A program made the position numbers and the translations under genes. Below, piece by piece: positions 50,341 to 62,254 of a DNA stretch of 64,000 nt. The notes under the pieces are model-generated. The model was given only the letters and a program-made list of their open reading frames with translations. It made no database searches and was not told the DNA's origin. The DNA lies in assembly GCA_963710375.1 (NCBI GenBank), contig CAVPZX010000002.1, positions 736,001-800,000 of the forward strand, written 5' to 3'. How positions within the stretch are numbered: position 1 is the first letter of the stretch; every line of letters begins with the position of its first letter. The DNA is from Nitrospirota bacterium. GTDB taxonomy: Bacteria; Nitrospirota; Thermodesulfovibrionia; Thermodesulfovibrionales; Dissulfurispiraceae.

Positions 50341-53300
50341 TTATGTTCTCCTTTCACACGTTCAATCCAAATCCTGAAACGGTCCATATAAAGGTACATT
50401 ACCGGAGTCGTATAGAGTGTAAGCATTTGGCTGAAGATCAGCCCGCCCACGATGGAGATGCCGAGCGGGCTGCGAAGTTCAGACCCCACGCCGCCACCAA
50501 ATGCCAGAGGCATTGCACCCAAAAGCGCAGCCATTGTCGTCATCATGATTGGACGGAACCGCAGGAGGCAGGCCAGATAGATCGCCTCCTCTGAACTCTT
50601 CCCTTCCTTGCGCTCGGCCTCCAGGGCAAAGTCGATCATCATAATACCGTTCTTCTTCACTATTCCGATCAGCAGGACTATGCCGATAAGGGCAATGACA
50701 CTAAGATCAGTGTGGAATAGCATCATAGCGAGGACCGCCCCAACACCTGCAGAAGGCAGGGTTGAAAGAATTGTGATAGGATGAATGTAACTTTCATACA
50801 GCATCCCTAACACTATGTAGACGGCGACCAGTGCCGCCAGGATCAGAAGCGGTTCATTGGCCAGGGAATCCTTGAATGCCTGTGCCGTACCCGCAAAGGT
50901 GCCCCTGACGCTCGACGGCAACATCATCTGCCGCATGGAGCCCTCAATCGCTTTCACTGCATCTCCAAGCGCGAATCCGCGGGCCACATTAAACGACACC
51001 GTCACTGCCGGAAATTGCCCCTGGTGGTTAATCGCAAGTGATGTAGCAGTCGGTTCGTAATGGGTGAATGCGCTCAGGGGAACCAGCGAACCACTTGACC
51101 CGGAGACGTAGATATCCCTTAGCGTATCCGGGCTCTGCCAGTAGCGGGGAGCAGCCTCCATAACAACGTGGTACTGGTTAAGCAGGGTATAGGTAACAGC
51201 CACCTGGCGCTGGCCAAAAGCGTCATACAGGGTGTCGTCGAGGAGCTTAGGTGCGATGCCAAGCCTCGATGCGGTAGCCCGGTCGATGACGAGCGAGGAC
51301 TGAATCCCTTTGACCTGCTGGTCGCTGCTGACATCTGTAATCTGGGGCAATGTGACCAGCTTCTGGAGCACACGCTGGCCCCAAGTGTTGAGTTCTGTCA
51401 CGTTGTCTCCCTGCAGCGTGAATTGATAAAGTGCGTTGCTTATCTTCCCGCCGATGCGCAAGTCCTGTACCGGCTGGAGAAACGTGGGAGCTCCCGGCAC
51501 CCCGGCAAGCTTTTTGCGCAGTCTCGCAATCAATTGCCATATGCTCACCTTCCGCTCCTCGAAAGGTTTAAGCGTAATGAACATACGGGCGGTATTAGTT
51601 GTAGAACCGCCTCCGCCTGTGAAGCCTATCACGTATACGACCTCGGGGTCTTTCCCGATGATGTCAACTATTCGTGTCAGCTTCCTTTCCATCTCCTGGA
51701 ACGATACTGACTGATCAGCTTGGATGCCCCCCACAAGTCGTCCTATGTCCTGTTCAGGGAAGAAGCCTTTTGGAACTATGATAAACAGGATGATGCTGAC
51801 AGCAATTGTGACCAGCATCAGCATGACCATAAACCGGGAGTGCCGGAGCGCCCAGGAGAGGCTCACTTCATAGCTCCGATGCATCCAGTTGAACGCCTTC
51901 TCGTTCATCCTGTAGAACCGTCCATGCACAAGGTCTTTTTCGGATTTCAGCAATTTAGCGCACATCATGGGGGTCGTGGTCAGCGACACTACGAGAGAGA
52001 TCAGGATTGCGGCAGCGAGTGTCACGGCAAATTCATGGAACAGCCGCCCTACCATGCCTCCCATCAGCAGGATCGGAATAAAAACAGCCACAAGAGAAAC
52101 ACTCATGGAGATGACAGTGAAGGCGATCTCTTTAGTCCCTGACAACGCCGCCTGCAGGGGCGGCTCCCCCTTTTCACTGTACCGGGTTATATTCTCGAGG
52201 ACAACGATGGCGTCGTCAACAACAAATCCTGTCGAAATGGTGAGCGCCATAAGAGAGAGATTATCAAGGGAATAACCTAACAGGTACATCGCGCCGAACG
52301 TGCCTATAATCGACGTACCTACCGCCACGGCGGGAACGACTGTGGCCCTCACGTTTCGCAGAAACCAGAACACCACCATGACGACAAGGAAGGCCGAAGC
52401 AATAAGCGCCCTCTCGACATCGCGCAAAGATCCGCGAATCGGGGGGGTGCGGTCAACGACAACAGAGAGATCAACACCCCCGGGCAGGGCTGCCTTCAGT
52501 TGAGGGAGCAAGCTGCGCACATGATCGACCGTCTCGATAATATTTGCTCCAGGTTGTCTGAAAATAACGACCATGATGCAAGGCTTGCCGTTGACAAACC
52601 CAGCCGCACGCAAGTCCTCCACTGAATCAACGGCAGACCCCACATCCGCGAGCCGCACTGCATTACCGGCACTGTACTTAATAACCAGGGGTATGTACTG
52701 CGCGGCAGTATGCAGCTGGTCGTTAGTGTTGATCTCCCATGTTTTGTCACCCTTTGACAGTTGCCCCTGGGGCCGGTTTACTGTCATGCCGGACAACACG
52801 CTGCGCATGGTTTCGAGGCTGATGCCGTACTTGCTTAGCGCCATGGGGTTAAGCTCGACACGTACTGCGGGCAGCGAACTCCCTCCCACAAATACCTGCC
52901 CTACGCCCTTCACTTGCGACAGCTTTTGCCCCAGTATGGATGAAGCTGCATCGTACATCTGAGGCTTGGCCACCGTGTCAGAGGTAAGTGCCAGGATGAG
53001 AATCGGGGCGTCGGATGGGTTGACTTTGCGGTAGGTCGGGTTGCTCGGCAGAGCTGCCGGCAAGTACGCCCTTGCCGCATTGATAGCTGCCTGAACATCG
53101 CGTGCAGCCCCATCGATGTTGCGGTCCAGTTCGAACTGCAGCGTGATGCTCGTCGAGCCCCGGTTATTGACCGAGGTCATCTCGACCACGCCGGCAATGA
53201 ATCCCAACTGGCGTTCCAACGGAGCGGCGACTGATGTTGCCATGGTCTCCGGGTCTGCTCCAGGGAGCGAAGCCGAAACAGATATCGTCGGAAAGTCGAC

Positions 53301-53417
53301 CTGCGGCAGCGGCGAGACAGGGAGCAGACGGAAGGCAATCACTCCGGCAAGAAGGAGACCGGCCGTGAGAAGCGTTGTCGCCACCGGTCGCTTGATGAAG
53401 ATCGCCGAGATGTTCAT
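50337..53417 (-). CDS. mdtC: RND efflux permease, MdtC type
   Basis: [20 protein letters not shown] and [10 protein letters not shown] motifs; second of tandem RND pair. Confidence 0.9.
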   Translation of the reverse strand: MNISAIFIKRPVATTLLTAGLLLAGVIAFRLLPVSPLPQVDFPTISVSASLPGADPETMATSVAAPLERQLGFIAGVVEMTSVNNRGSTSITLQFELDRNIDGAARDVQAAINAARAYLPAALPSNPTYRKVNPSDAPILILALTSDTVAKPQMYDAASSILGQKLSQVKGVGQVFVGGSSLPAVRVELNPMALSKYGISLETMRSVLSGMTVNRPQGQLSKGDKTWEINTNDQLHTAAQYIPLVIKYSAGNAVRLADVGSAVDSVEDLRAAGFVNGKPCIMVVIFRQPGANIIETVDHVRSLLPQLKAALPGGVDLSVVVDRTPPIRGSLRDVERALIASAFLVVMVVFWFLRNVRATVVPAVAVGTSIIGTFGAMYLLGYSLDNLSLMALTISTGFVVDDAIVVLENITRYSEKGEPPLQAALSGTKEIAFTVISMSVSLVAVFIPILLMGGMVGRLFHEFAVTLAAAILISLVVSLTTTPMMCAKLLKSEKDLVHGRFYRMNEKAFNWMHRSYEVSLSWALRHSRFMVMLMLVTIAVSIILFIIVPKGFFPEQDIGRLVGGIQADQSVSFQEMERKLTRIVDIIGKDPEVVYVIGFTGGGGSTTNTARMFITLKPFEERKVSIWQLIARLRKKLAGVPGAPTFLQPVQDLRIGGKISNALYQFTLQGDNVTELNTWGQRVLQKLVTLPQITDVSSDQQVKGIQSSLVIDRATASRLGIAPKLLDDTLYDAFGQRQVAVTYTLLNQYHVVMEAAPRYWQSPDTLRDIYVSGSSGSLVPLSAFTHYEPTATSLAINHQGQFPAVTVSFNVARGFALGDAVKAIEGSMRQMMLPSSVRGTFAGTAQAFKDSLANEPLLILAALVAVYIVLGMLYESYIHPITILSTLPSAGVGAVLAMMLFHTDLSVIALIGIVLLIGIVKKNGIMMIDFALEAERKEGKSSEEAIYLACLLRFRPIMMTTMAALLGAMPLAFGGGVGSELRSPLGISIVGGLIFSQMLTLYTTPVMYLYMDRFRIWIERVKGEHK

Positions 53418-56400
53418 GGCTGGACCGGGCGCTCTCCTCCGCCTGGGCGGACGGAATTTTTGGAACTGGCGCCGCGCCTGCGTTGCGCCAGCCGGTCAAA
53501 AGCAAGATAAATGACCGGCGTAGTATAGAGAGTAAGAATTTGGCTGAAAATAAGTCCGCCTACGATAGATATGCCGAGTGGACGGCGCAGCTCAGACCCC
53601 ATCCCGTGTCCCATAGCCAGCGGCAAAGCCCCTAGCAGAGCTGCCATTGTAGTCATCATGATCGGACGGAATCTCAATAAGCAGGCCTGATATATCGCCT
53701 CCTCAGGGCTTTTCCCCTCATTGCGCTCGGCCTCGAGTGCGAAGTTGACCATCATGATGCCGTTTTTCTTAACAATGCCGATAAGAAGAATTATGCCGAT
53801 TATGGCAATAACACTTAGTTCTGTGTGAAAGAGCATCAGCGACAGGACAGCGCCAACACCTGCCGATGGAAGGGTGGATATAATGGTGACCGGATGGATG
53901 TAGCTCTCATACAGCACCCCTAATACAATATAAACCGTTATCAATGCTGCCAGTATCAACAGCGGTTCATTGGTAAGAGAGACCTTGAAGGCCTGGACCG
54001 TGCCCTGGAAGCTGCCCCTGATGCTCGCGGGAAGATCCATTTTGCGCACCGCGTCCTCGACCGCCGTAACAGCCTCGCCGAGCGCCTTCCCGGGCGCCAG
54101 GTTGAACGACGCAGTCACCACAGGAAACTGGCCCTGCCTGTTGATTACAATCGGCCCTGTTGTTTCCGAAAAACGGGTAACAGCGCTGAGCGGCACCGGT
54201 CCGCCGTTGGTCCCGCTGAGATAGATTGACTTAAGTCCGTCAGTCCCTTTATTAAAATCGTTCATTACGGAGAGGACGACACGATACTGGTTCAACTCCG
54301 TAAAGATCGTGGATATCTGGCGCTGGCCAAAGGCGTCATAGAGAGTGTTGTCTATAACCTGGGGGGTGATGCCGAAGCGAGAGGCGGTTGTGCGGTCGAT
54401 ATCGATTTTGGCCCTCAGTCCCTTGTCCTGCTGGTCGCTGCTCACGTCGCGCAGTTCGGGAAGTCCTTTCAGCTTGTCAACAATCCTGGGCGCCAGACTA
54501 TTTAACTCACCCGGGTTGGGATCATCGAGAGTATACTGGAACTGCGTACGGCTGACCCTTGCGTCAACTGTGAGGTCCTGCACGGGCTGCATATATAGCG
54601 TGATGCCGTCGACTTTTGCCAGTTCGGGCTGAAGTCTGCGGATCACCTCGCTGGCAGTCTCATTCCTTTCTTCCAGGGGCTTCAGGTTGATCAGGACCCG
54701 CCCGCTGTTAAGAGTCGTATTGGTTCCATCCACACCTATGAACGTGGAGAGACTTTCTACAGCAGGGTCTTGAAGGATTACTTTAGCAAGGGCCTGTTGC
54801 CGCTCCGCCATTGCAGTGAAAGAGATTGATTGAGATGCTTCCGAAGTCCCCTGGACGGTCCCGGTGTCCTGCACAGGAAAAAAGCCCTTGGGAATAATAA
54901 TGTATAAAAGCACCGTCATCACCAAAGTGCTCAAAGCCACAACCAGAGTCGCCGTTTGGTGCTTTAACACCCACTTAAGAGTCCTTCCGTAAGCGGCTAT
55001 GATCCTTTCAAACATGAGCTGAGACGTATGATAAAACCTTCCCTGCCGCTCTACAGGGACATGCTTGAGTATTCTCGAACACATCATAGGCGTCAGGGTA
55101 AGGGAAACGACAGCCGAGATTAGTATAGTGACGCCGAGAGTTATGGCAAACTCCCTGAACAGCCTTCCCACCACGTCTCCCATAAACAGCAATGGTATCA
55201 GCACTGCAATGAGCGAGACTGTCAGGGAGAGGATAGTGAACCCGATCTGCTTAGACCCTTTTAAGGCCGCCTCAAGCGGTGTTTCCCCCTCTTCTACATA
55301 GCGGGTTATATTCTCGATCATGACAATCGCGTCATCCACGACAAAGCCGGTCGAAATCGTCAGGGCCATCAGCGAAAGGTTGTTCAGACTAAACCCCAGC
55401 AAGTACATTACCCCGAAGGTCCCGACAAGTGACACCGGGACTGCCACACTTGGAATAGTCGTGGCCGACAGGTTGCGGAGAAACACGAAAATGACGAGCA
55501 CGACCAGCACAACTGCGAGCATCAGTTCATACTGCACGTCACTGACCGACTCCCGGATAGTAGTGGTGCGGTCGGTCAGCACAGAGACCTTTATAGAGGA
55601 AGGCAAAGAGCTCTGCAACAGCGGCATCAGTTTCTTGATGCGGTCAACGACCTGTATAACATTAGCGCCGGGTTGCCGCTGGATGTTTACGATCACCGCA
55701 GGGGTAATATTCATCCAGGCCGCCTGATTCACGTTCTCCGTGTCATCGAAGGCATAGGCGACATCAGACAGGTGCACCGGAGCGTTGTTGCGATAGGCGA
55801 TGATAATAGGCCGATAGTCCATGGCTGAAAAAAGCTGGTCGTTAGCGTCGATGACAGAGGACTGCCGGGGGCCGTCAAAGCCTCCCTTCGCCTCATTTAC
55901 ATTCGCTGTAGTGATGGCCGTGCGCAGGTCTTCAAGGGACAGCCCGTAAGCGGCCAGTGCCTTCGGATTAGCTAATATCCGCACTGCTGGCCGCTGCCCG
56001 CCGCTGATACTGACAAGCCCAACTCCGGGCAGTTGAGATATCTTCTGTGCAAATCGGGTGTCGGCGAGATCTTCTATTTTTGGAAGCGGCAGTATGTTCG
56101 AGGTCAGTGCGAGGGTGAGGACCGGCGCATCTGCCGGGTTTACCTTGCTGTATACCGGAGGGTTCGGGAGATCCGGCGGAAGTAATGAAGAAGCAGCATT
56201 GATGGCTGCCTGGACCTCCTGCTCGGCTATATCCAGACTGATATCCAGACTGAACTGCAACGTAATTACCGAACTGCCTCCGGAGCTTGCCGACGTCATC
56301 TGGTTCAGTCCGGGCATCTGGCCTAACTGCCTCTCCAGCGGGGCTGTTACGGATGTGGCCATGACTTCGGAACTTGCCCCCGGGTAAAAGGTCCGGATCT

Positions 56401-56536
56401 GAATGGTCGGGTAATCGACCTGCGGCAAGGCAGATACAGGCAACTGGCGGTATGCAACAGCGCCGACCAGGACAATAGCGATCATAAGCAGCGTAGTCGC
56501 AATCGGCCGCATGATGAAGATGCGGGAAAAGTTCAT
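53414..56536 (-). CDS. mdtB: RND efflux permease, MdtB type
   Basis: [23 protein letters not shown] and SRTQFQYTL motifs. Confidence 0.92.
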   Translation of the reverse strand: MNFSRIFIMRPIATTLLMIAIVLVGAVAYRQLPVSALPQVDYPTIQIRTFYPGASSEVMATSVTAPLERQLGQMPGLNQMTSASSGGSSVITLQFSLDISLDIAEQEVQAAINAASSLLPPDLPNPPVYSKVNPADAPVLTLALTSNILPLPKIEDLADTRFAQKISQLPGVGLVSISGGQRPAVRILANPKALAAYGLSLEDLRTAITTANVNEAKGGFDGPRQSSVIDANDQLFSAMDYRPIIIAYRNNAPVHLSDVAYAFDDTENVNQAAWMNITPAVIVNIQRQPGANVIQVVDRIKKLMPLLQSSLPSSIKVSVLTDRTTTIRESVSDVQYELMLAVVLVVLVIFVFLRNLSATTIPSVAVPVSLVGTFGVMYLLGFSLNNLSLMALTISTGFVVDDAIVMIENITRYVEEGETPLEAALKGSKQIGFTILSLTVSLIAVLIPLLFMGDVVGRLFREFAITLGVTILISAVVSLTLTPMMCSRILKHVPVERQGRFYHTSQLMFERIIAAYGRTLKWVLKHQTATLVVALSTLVMTVLLYIIIPKGFFPVQDTGTVQGTSEASQSISFTAMAERQQALAKVILQDPAVESLSTFIGVDGTNTTLNSGRVLINLKPLEERNETASEVIRRLQPELAKVDGITLYMQPVQDLTVDARVSRTQFQYTLDDPNPGELNSLAPRIVDKLKGLPELRDVSSDQQDKGLRAKIDIDRTTASRFGITPQVIDNTLYDAFGQRQISTIFTELNQYRVVLSVMNDFNKGTDGLKSIYLSGTNGGPVPLSAVTRFSETTGPIVINRQGQFPVVTASFNLAPGKALGEAVTAVEDAVRKMDLPASIRGSFQGTVQAFKVSLTNEPLLILAALITVYIVLGVLYESYIHPVTIISTLPSAGVGAVLSLMLFHTELSVIAIIGIILLIGIVKKNGIMMVNFALEAERNEGKSPEEAIYQACLLRFRPIMMTTMAALLGALPLAMGHGMGSELRRPLGISIVGGLIFSQILTLYTTPVIYLAFDRLAQRRRGASSKNSVRPGGGERPVQP

Positions 56537-57702
56537 TTTTGCTTCTTTGAGCCGTTCTGTCCCGGCAGCTCAACCTTGCTCCCTTCACGCAGCCTTTCAG
56601 CGCCGTCAATTACTACAATCTCGTCAGGTGACAGCCCTGACGTAATTGACACTTGACCCTCTTCGGATACACCTATAGTGACCGGACGCACCTCGGCAGT
56701 GCGGTCGGCCTTCACCACAAAAACATATGTTCCCTGGGGTCCACGTTGAATGGAGGATTCAGGTATAATCACAGCCCCTTTCTTTACTTCCACAAGGAGC
56801 CGGGCATTGACGAACTGGTTAGGGAATAGCCGGTTGTCGTTGTTGGGGAATACAGCCTTGAGTTTGACAGTGCCGGTAGTCGTGTCAATCTGGTTGTCTA
56901 CTGTCAGCAAGTATCCACTGGCAAGTTTCTGTTTTTGTTCCCTGTCGAATGCATCGACCTGAAGACGCGCCCCGGTTCTGAGCTTGCCTAAGACCTGCGA
57001 GAGATTGTCCTCGGGTATGGGAAAAATAACAGCAATGGGCTGAAGTTGTGTGATTACCACAATACCGGTGGTAGCGGTTGTTTGAATGATGTTACCGGGG
57101 TCTACCAGGCGCAGCCCGACTCTTCCGGTGATCGGCGAGGTGATGCGGGAATATATCAGTTGCAATTTGGCGTTTTCTATATTACCTTGATCAGTCTTGA
57201 CAGCACCTTCATATTGGCGTACCAGATATTCCTGGGTATCCAATTGCTGTTTTGGGATCGAATCCTGTTTTGCCAGTATCCTGTAGCGCTCGAGATCGAT
57301 CCTGGCATTCTGCAGCAATGCCAGGTCACGGATCAGTTGACCCTCTGCCTGGGTCAACTCTGCTTCGTAGGGCCGCGGGTCGATCTCGGCCAGCAGCTCA
57401 CCGCTTTTGACAATCTGACCCTCCCTGAACAAGACCTTCATCAGTTGTCCCTCTACACGGCTCTGTACGGTTACAGTATTGAGCGAAGTGACCGTGCCAA
57501 GCCCGGTAATATAAACACCGATGTCGCCCTTCTTCGCTGCCGCTGCCACAACGGGTACGCCTCTGGCAGCTGCGGAACTACCCTGTTTAGCCGTAGGAGA
57601 TTGCGCTCTGCCCGACCTGGCCAGAAAGACATATGCCCCGATAAGGAGAAAACAAACCAGTAGAAGTACGATCCACCAGCGCCGGTATAACGCATTTAAC
57701 AT
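56533..57702 (-). CDS. mdtA: RND membrane-fusion protein, MdtA type
   Basis: [18 protein letters not shown] and [15 protein letters not shown] motifs. Confidence 0.92.
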   Translation of the reverse strand: MLNALYRRWWIVLLLVCFLLIGAYVFLARSGRAQSPTAKQGSSAAARGVPVVAAAAKKGDIGVYITGLGTVTSLNTVTVQSRVEGQLMKVLFREGQIVKSGELLAEIDPRPYEAELTQAEGQLIRDLALLQNARIDLERYRILAKQDSIPKQQLDTQEYLVRQYEGAVKTDQGNIENAKLQLIYSRITSPITGRVGLRLVDPGNIIQTTATTGIVVITQLQPIAVIFPIPEDNLSQVLGKLRTGARLQVDAFDREQKQKLASGYLLTVDNQIDTTTGTVKLKAVFPNNDNRLFPNQFVNARLLVEVKKGAVIIPESSIQRGPQGTYVFVVKADRTAEVRPVTIGVSEEGQVSITSGLSPDEIVVIDGAERLREGSKVELPGQNGSKKQK

Positions 57703-57787
57703 TACTTTCCCCTCCCGAATGTAGCCGCTTAATTGTACAACGATTAAGGAGCTGATTTACCCGAACAATGGGATATATATAACTATA

Positions 57788-57814
57788 GACGTATTTTGGT
57801 GTCGGAAAGTTACA
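57788..57814 (-). promoter_or_regulatory. Putative ECF-sigma promoter of the mdt operon
   Basis: TGTAAC-N17-CGTC on the minus strand. Confidence 0.45.
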
Positions 57815-57995
57815 TTTTCCTGCAATTTACCGCGTGAAACATACCGGCATATAACCTTGTGCACACCCTGATCTTCCTCAGTGATTCCAGAAAATTCTGA
57901 TGTAAGTGCTTACTTACATGAATTACTTTATAGCAGCAGCCTGATGATTGTCAATCAAACAGAAGAGGAACAAACCTGCCTTTATAAAAAATCAA

Positions 57996-59975
57996 CTACA
58001 GCCTCCCCTTAATAAGATCAGCCACCACTGAAGGATCCGCAAGTGTCGAGGTATCGCCGACATATTCTATGTCGCCTGCTGCAATCTTTCCGAGAACTCT
58101 CCTCATAATCTTGCCGCTCCTGGTCTTCGGCAGGCTTGAAACAAACTGCAATTTGTCAGGGCTTGCTAGTGAGCCTATGACCGCCCGCACGTGTCCCAGA
58201 AGTATTTTTTTAAGCTCTTCAGAAGGCTGCTGTCCACCTTTGAGCGTCACATAAACGTAAATCCCCTCACCCTTAATATCATGCGGGAACCCAACAACCG
58301 CTGCCTCGGCAACAGCTTCGTGGCTTGCCAAAGCTGACTCCACTTCAGCCGTACCAAGCCTGTCTCCCGAAATGTTGATTACATCATCACTTCTTCCCGT
58401 AAACCGGTAATCACCGTCCTCATCGCAACGGGCGCCATCGCCCGTGAAATACGTGCCCGGGAACCTTGAAAAATAGATTTCTTTCATCCGTTTATTTTCC
58501 GGGTCACCATAAGTACCCCTAATCATACCCGGCCATGGTTTGCGAATCACAAGATGGCCTGCCTCATTTGGACCTGCGGGTGAACCATCCTCTTTCAGGA
58601 TCGCAGGAACAATGCCGGGGAATGGCCTGTTGGCAGAGCCGGGCTTCATTGTCATTGCACCGGGAAGCGGCGTTACAAGAATGCCGCCGGTCTCGGTCTG
58701 CAACCAGGTGTTGACAATCGGGAGCCTGCCCTTTCCAATATATGAGTGATACCATAGCCAAGCCTCGGGACTTATCGGTTCTCCAGCAGTACCGATCAAT
58801 CGCAAGGAAGAGAGGTCGTGTTTCGCAACCCATTTTTCGCCCCCTCTCATAAGTGCCCTTATTGCAGCGGGAGAGGCGTAAAAGATATTCACGCGGTGCT
58901 TGTCGCAAATATCCCACAATCTCCCCGGATCGGGGTATGTAGGAATACCCTCGAACATGAGACTTGTTGCGCCGCTGCTCAGCGGCCCGTACACAATGTA
59001 ACTGTGTCCGGTGACCCAGCCTATATCTGAGGTGCAGAAATGAACGTCCTCCTCATGGTAATCGAATATCCATTTGAAGGTAAGGTTTGTATACAGCATG
59101 TAACCGCCTGTCGTATGTATAACCCCTTTCGGTTTTCCGGTTGAGCCGGAAGCATACAAAATAAAAAGAGGGTCTTCCGCATCCATCTCTTCAGGCTTGC
59201 AATAATTTCCAATGCCGGCAGCATTCATCTCGTCGTGCCACCATAAATCTCTCTCCGGCTCCATATCAATGCCGACTGTTCTTCTTACCACTATCACTTT
59301 TTCAACAGCGGGACATTCCTGCAGGGCAACATCGCAATTTGTCTTGAGAGGCACCTGGCGGCCACCCTTGATGCCCATGTCGGAAGTTATGACGAGCGTG
59401 GCTTTGCAGTCCTGTACCCTGTATTTGAGCGCGTTGGCACTAAAACCGCTGAAGACGATGCAGTGAATTGCTCCTATCCTCGCACAGGCAAGCATGGAAA
59501 TAGCAAGTTCGGGGACCATAGGCAGGTAAATAACGACTCTATCGCCTTTCTTCACTCCCTGCTTCTTGAGGACATTGGCAAACCTGTTGACCTCATAATA
59601 AAGCTGCTGATAGGTATACGTCTTGTAGCTGCCGTCGTCAGACTCCCATATCAACGCTGCCTTATTCCGAACAGGGGTGTTGATAAACCTGTCAAGGCAA
59701 TTGTACGACGCATTCAATTTGCCGCCGATAAACCACTTTATTTCCGGCTTTTCAAAGCTCCACTCAAGCACCTTGTCCCATTTGTTAAACCAGGCTAGCT
59801 GCTTTTCCGCCATTTCAGACCAGAACCCTTCAGGGTCTTCCACCGATCTTTTATATATCTTCTCATACTCTTCCATGCTTCTGATATAAGCATTGCGGCT
59901 GAATTCAGGTGATGGGGGAAAGGTCATTTTTTCAGCGGACAAAACTTCATTGCTCTCGTTCAACATCCCTGCCAC
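57996..59975 (-). CDS. Acetyl-CoA synthetase-like AMP-forming acyl-CoA ligase with altered active-site motifs
   Basis: Full Acs architecture with PKTRSGKIMRR, but YASGSTG, GTAGEP and NTWLQTE variants. Confidence 0.9.
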   Translation of the reverse strand: MAGMLNESNEVLSAEKMTFPPSPEFSRNAYIRSMEEYEKIYKRSVEDPEGFWSEMAEKQLAWFNKWDKVLEWSFEKPEIKWFIGGKLNASYNCLDRFINTPVRNKAALIWESDDGSYKTYTYQQLYYEVNRFANVLKKQGVKKGDRVVIYLPMVPELAISMLACARIGAIHCIVFSGFSANALKYRVQDCKATLVITSDMGIKGGRQVPLKTNCDVALQECPAVEKVIVVRRTVGIDMEPERDLWWHDEMNAAGIGNYCKPEEMDAEDPLFILYASGSTGKPKGVIHTTGGYMLYTNLTFKWIFDYHEEDVHFCTSDIGWVTGHSYIVYGPLSSGATSLMFEGIPTYPDPGRLWDICDKHRVNIFYASPAAIRALMRGGEKWVAKHDLSSLRLIGTAGEPISPEAWLWYHSYIGKGRLPIVNTWLQTETGGILVTPLPGAMTMKPGSANRPFPGIVPAILKEDGSPAGPNEAGHLVIRKPWPGMIRGTYGDPENKRMKEIYFSRFPGTYFTGDGARCDEDGDYRFTGRSDDVINISGDRLGTAEVESALASHEAVAEAAVVGFPHDIKGEGIYVYVTLKGGQQPSEELKKILLGHVRAVIGSLASPDKLQFVSSLPKTRSGKIMRRVLGKIAAGDIEYVGDTSTLADPSVVADLIKGRL

Positions 59976-60136
59976 CTCCCGGTTTTACAGATACGTGAGA
60001 ATAAGCTTTATCTTCCAGAGACTACTAATTTAATCCTTCAATCACATTATGTCAAATTGATCACAATTATTTCGGGTAACAAGATGGAGGCACAGAAAGC
60101 TAATTGCTATCGAAGAAAAACGGCACCACCAATGTC

Positions 60137-61855
60137 TTATTTCATTCCGATACCGACGTATATCCTGAGCTTTTCATCGTCAAACTTAGTTTCCGCTTCT
60201 TTCTCGGGCGACAAGAGAGATACAAGAATACCTGTCAGGAACGAAAGCCCCATTGATATCAAGGCAGGGTTGTTCATTGGGAATATCGCTTTAGGCATGG
60301 CAGAATTCAAATCTTTTCTCTTTGCGTCTGCCAGAGTCCTTTCGCCGTCTATAGCAGCATCGATTTTCATCAGGTTCCTTCCGGCAGCCTTCTGTTTTTC
60401 GAGCGCTTCGATCTTCTGTTTCGAGCCTGTTTCCAACTCCTTTATCTGTTTTTCAACAGAGGCCTTGTCATCTTTGTGTATAACGTCTACCCATACGGCA
60501 GGACCAAGTATTATCAAACCAGTGGCAACTATGAGACCTGTATAGAGGCTTGTCACTGCCCCCAACGTGGTAAATTTCCTCCAGGTGACCGACAGCAGCA
60601 GGGCGGGAAAATTAGCGCTTGCGGCAACGGCAAAAGCAAAACCGACCATGATCGCAACATTCTGACCCTTAAACAATATTCCCAAAAAAATCGCCGTTAT
60701 GCCGAGTCCTATGGTTGCGCTCTTCGAAACCTTCACTTCTTCTTTTTCGTTTGCAGCGCCGCGCCGCACCACTCCTATATAAAGATCTTGAGAGAGTGCC
60801 GAAGCCCCGGCCAGGGTAAGTCCTGCAACAACGGCAAGAATAGTGGCAAAGCCGACTGCTGCGAGGAACCCGAGGAACGGCGTTCCGCCGAGGAATTCTG
60901 CGAGTAGCGGGCCAGCCATGTTTCCCCCTTTGTCAACTCCCATAATCACCTTCTGGGTAACGAGCACGGCTGCACCAAATCCAATAGTGACGGTAAGTAT
61001 ATAAAAATAGCCTATAAACCCTGTTGCATAAAAGACCGACTTCCTCGCCTCTTTAATATCAGGCACGGTATAGAACCTCATCAGAATGTGAGGGAGCCCT
61101 GCTGTGCCAAACATAAGTGCAAGGCCGAGTGAAAATGCCTCCAGGGGGCTTGTAATCAGGCCTCCCGGCTCAAGGAACTTGTCCCCGTACATTTTGGATG
61201 CCTGCCCGAAAAGCTCACCATAGCTGAATCCAAATTGCGCAAGCGTGAGCAAAACAAGGATAGTAGCTCCGCCGAGCAGCAATACAGCTTTAATAATCTG
61301 GACCCATGTCGTCCCAAGCATGCCTCCGAAAAGAACGTATGAAATCATCAGTATGCCCACCACGACAAGCGCAGTCTCGTAAGGCACGCCGAAGATGAAT
61401 TTGACAAGCGTTCCAGCACCGACCATTTGTGCAATCAGATAAAAAAGAATAGTTACGAGTGAACCTGATGCAGCCGCAGCCCTAACGGGCCGCTGTTTCA
61501 ACCTGTAAGCTACAACATCGGCAAACGTATATTTCCCGAGATTTCTCAGCGGCTCGGAAATAAGGAACATGATAATAGGCCAACCGGCCAGCCAGCCTAC
61601 GGAATAGATAAGCCCGTCATATCCTTTGGTAGAAACCAGGCCTGCTATGCCTAAAAAAGATGCCGCGCTCATGTAATCCCCGGCGAGCGCAAGCCCGTTC
61701 TGAAAACCTGTGACGCTTCTGCCGGCGGAATAAAATTCTTCGGTCGTCCTCGTACGCTTCGCAGCCCAGTAAGTAATGCCAAGGGTCACGATCACGAAAA
61801 AGAGAAAAAATAATATTGACGTGATATGCGCGTGCCCAATAGCTGCCAGTTCCAT
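60137..61855 (-). CDS. actP: Cation/acetate symporter ActP (SSS family)
   Basis: [16 protein letters not shown] and [16 protein letters not shown] motifs; acs/DUF485 context. Confidence 0.93.
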   Translation of the reverse strand: MELAAIGHAHITSILFFLFFVIVTLGITYWAAKRTRTTEEFYSAGRSVTGFQNGLALAGDYMSAASFLGIAGLVSTKGYDGLIYSVGWLAGWPIIMFLISEPLRNLGKYTFADVVAYRLKQRPVRAAAASGSLVTILFYLIAQMVGAGTLVKFIFGVPYETALVVVGILMISYVLFGGMLGTTWVQIIKAVLLLGGATILVLLTLAQFGFSYGELFGQASKMYGDKFLEPGGLITSPLEAFSLGLALMFGTAGLPHILMRFYTVPDIKEARKSVFYATGFIGYFYILTVTIGFGAAVLVTQKVIMGVDKGGNMAGPLLAEFLGGTPFLGFLAAVGFATILAVVAGLTLAGASALSQDLYIGVVRRGAANEKEEVKVSKSATIGLGITAIFLGILFKGQNVAIMVGFAFAVAASANFPALLLSVTWRKFTTLGAVTSLYTGLIVATGLIILGPAVWVDVIHKDDKASVEKQIKELETGSKQKIEALEKQKAAGRNLMKIDAAIDGERTLADAKRKDLNSAMPKAIFPMNNPALISMGLSFLTGILVSLLSPEKEAETKFDDEKLRIYVGIGMK

Positions 61856-62163
61856 TATTGACCTCTTGCCTTATCTCTTACCTTTTTTACCAATACATCG
61901 TATTTTTTATTGGCCCACAGTATATAAACCCCGGTGAGCATCCATGAAAGAAGGATAATGCCGACCGCAACAGGTATTCCAACAGTAATGGCTCCGGAGA
62001 GCTTTGCAGACAGGAATGGTTTATTGAAAGCAATAAGCGCAACAAATCCGAAATAGAGTACCAGCTCCACTACTGCGAGAACCAGCGATATAGTGTTTTT
62101 CTGCCCTGACAAGGACTTGATATCGGCATCGTCAAGGATGTTCGTTTTGCGCGTCATCTCCAC
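61855..62163 (-). CDS. DUF485 (YjcH-like) membrane protein
   Basis: Two TM helices, [13 protein letters not shown]; canonical position upstream of actP. Confidence 0.9.
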   Translation of the reverse strand: MEMTRKTNILDDADIKSLSGQKNTISLVLAVVELVLYFGFVALIAFNKPFLSAKLSGAITVGIPVAVGIILLSWMLTGVYILWANKKYDVLVKKVRDKARGQ

Positions 62164-62176
62164 CCGCCGATAAGAG

Positions 62177-62204
62177 AGGGGCTGGAAAGACTGCTCCAGC
62201 CCCT
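62177..62204 (-). terminator. Stem-loop between acs and DUF485
   Basis: AGGGGCTGGA-N8-TCCAGCCCCT. Confidence 0.5.
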
Positions 62205-62254
62205 TCCATTTGAATCGTACGTTTGCGTAATCACTCCGGTTTCGTTTTCAGATT

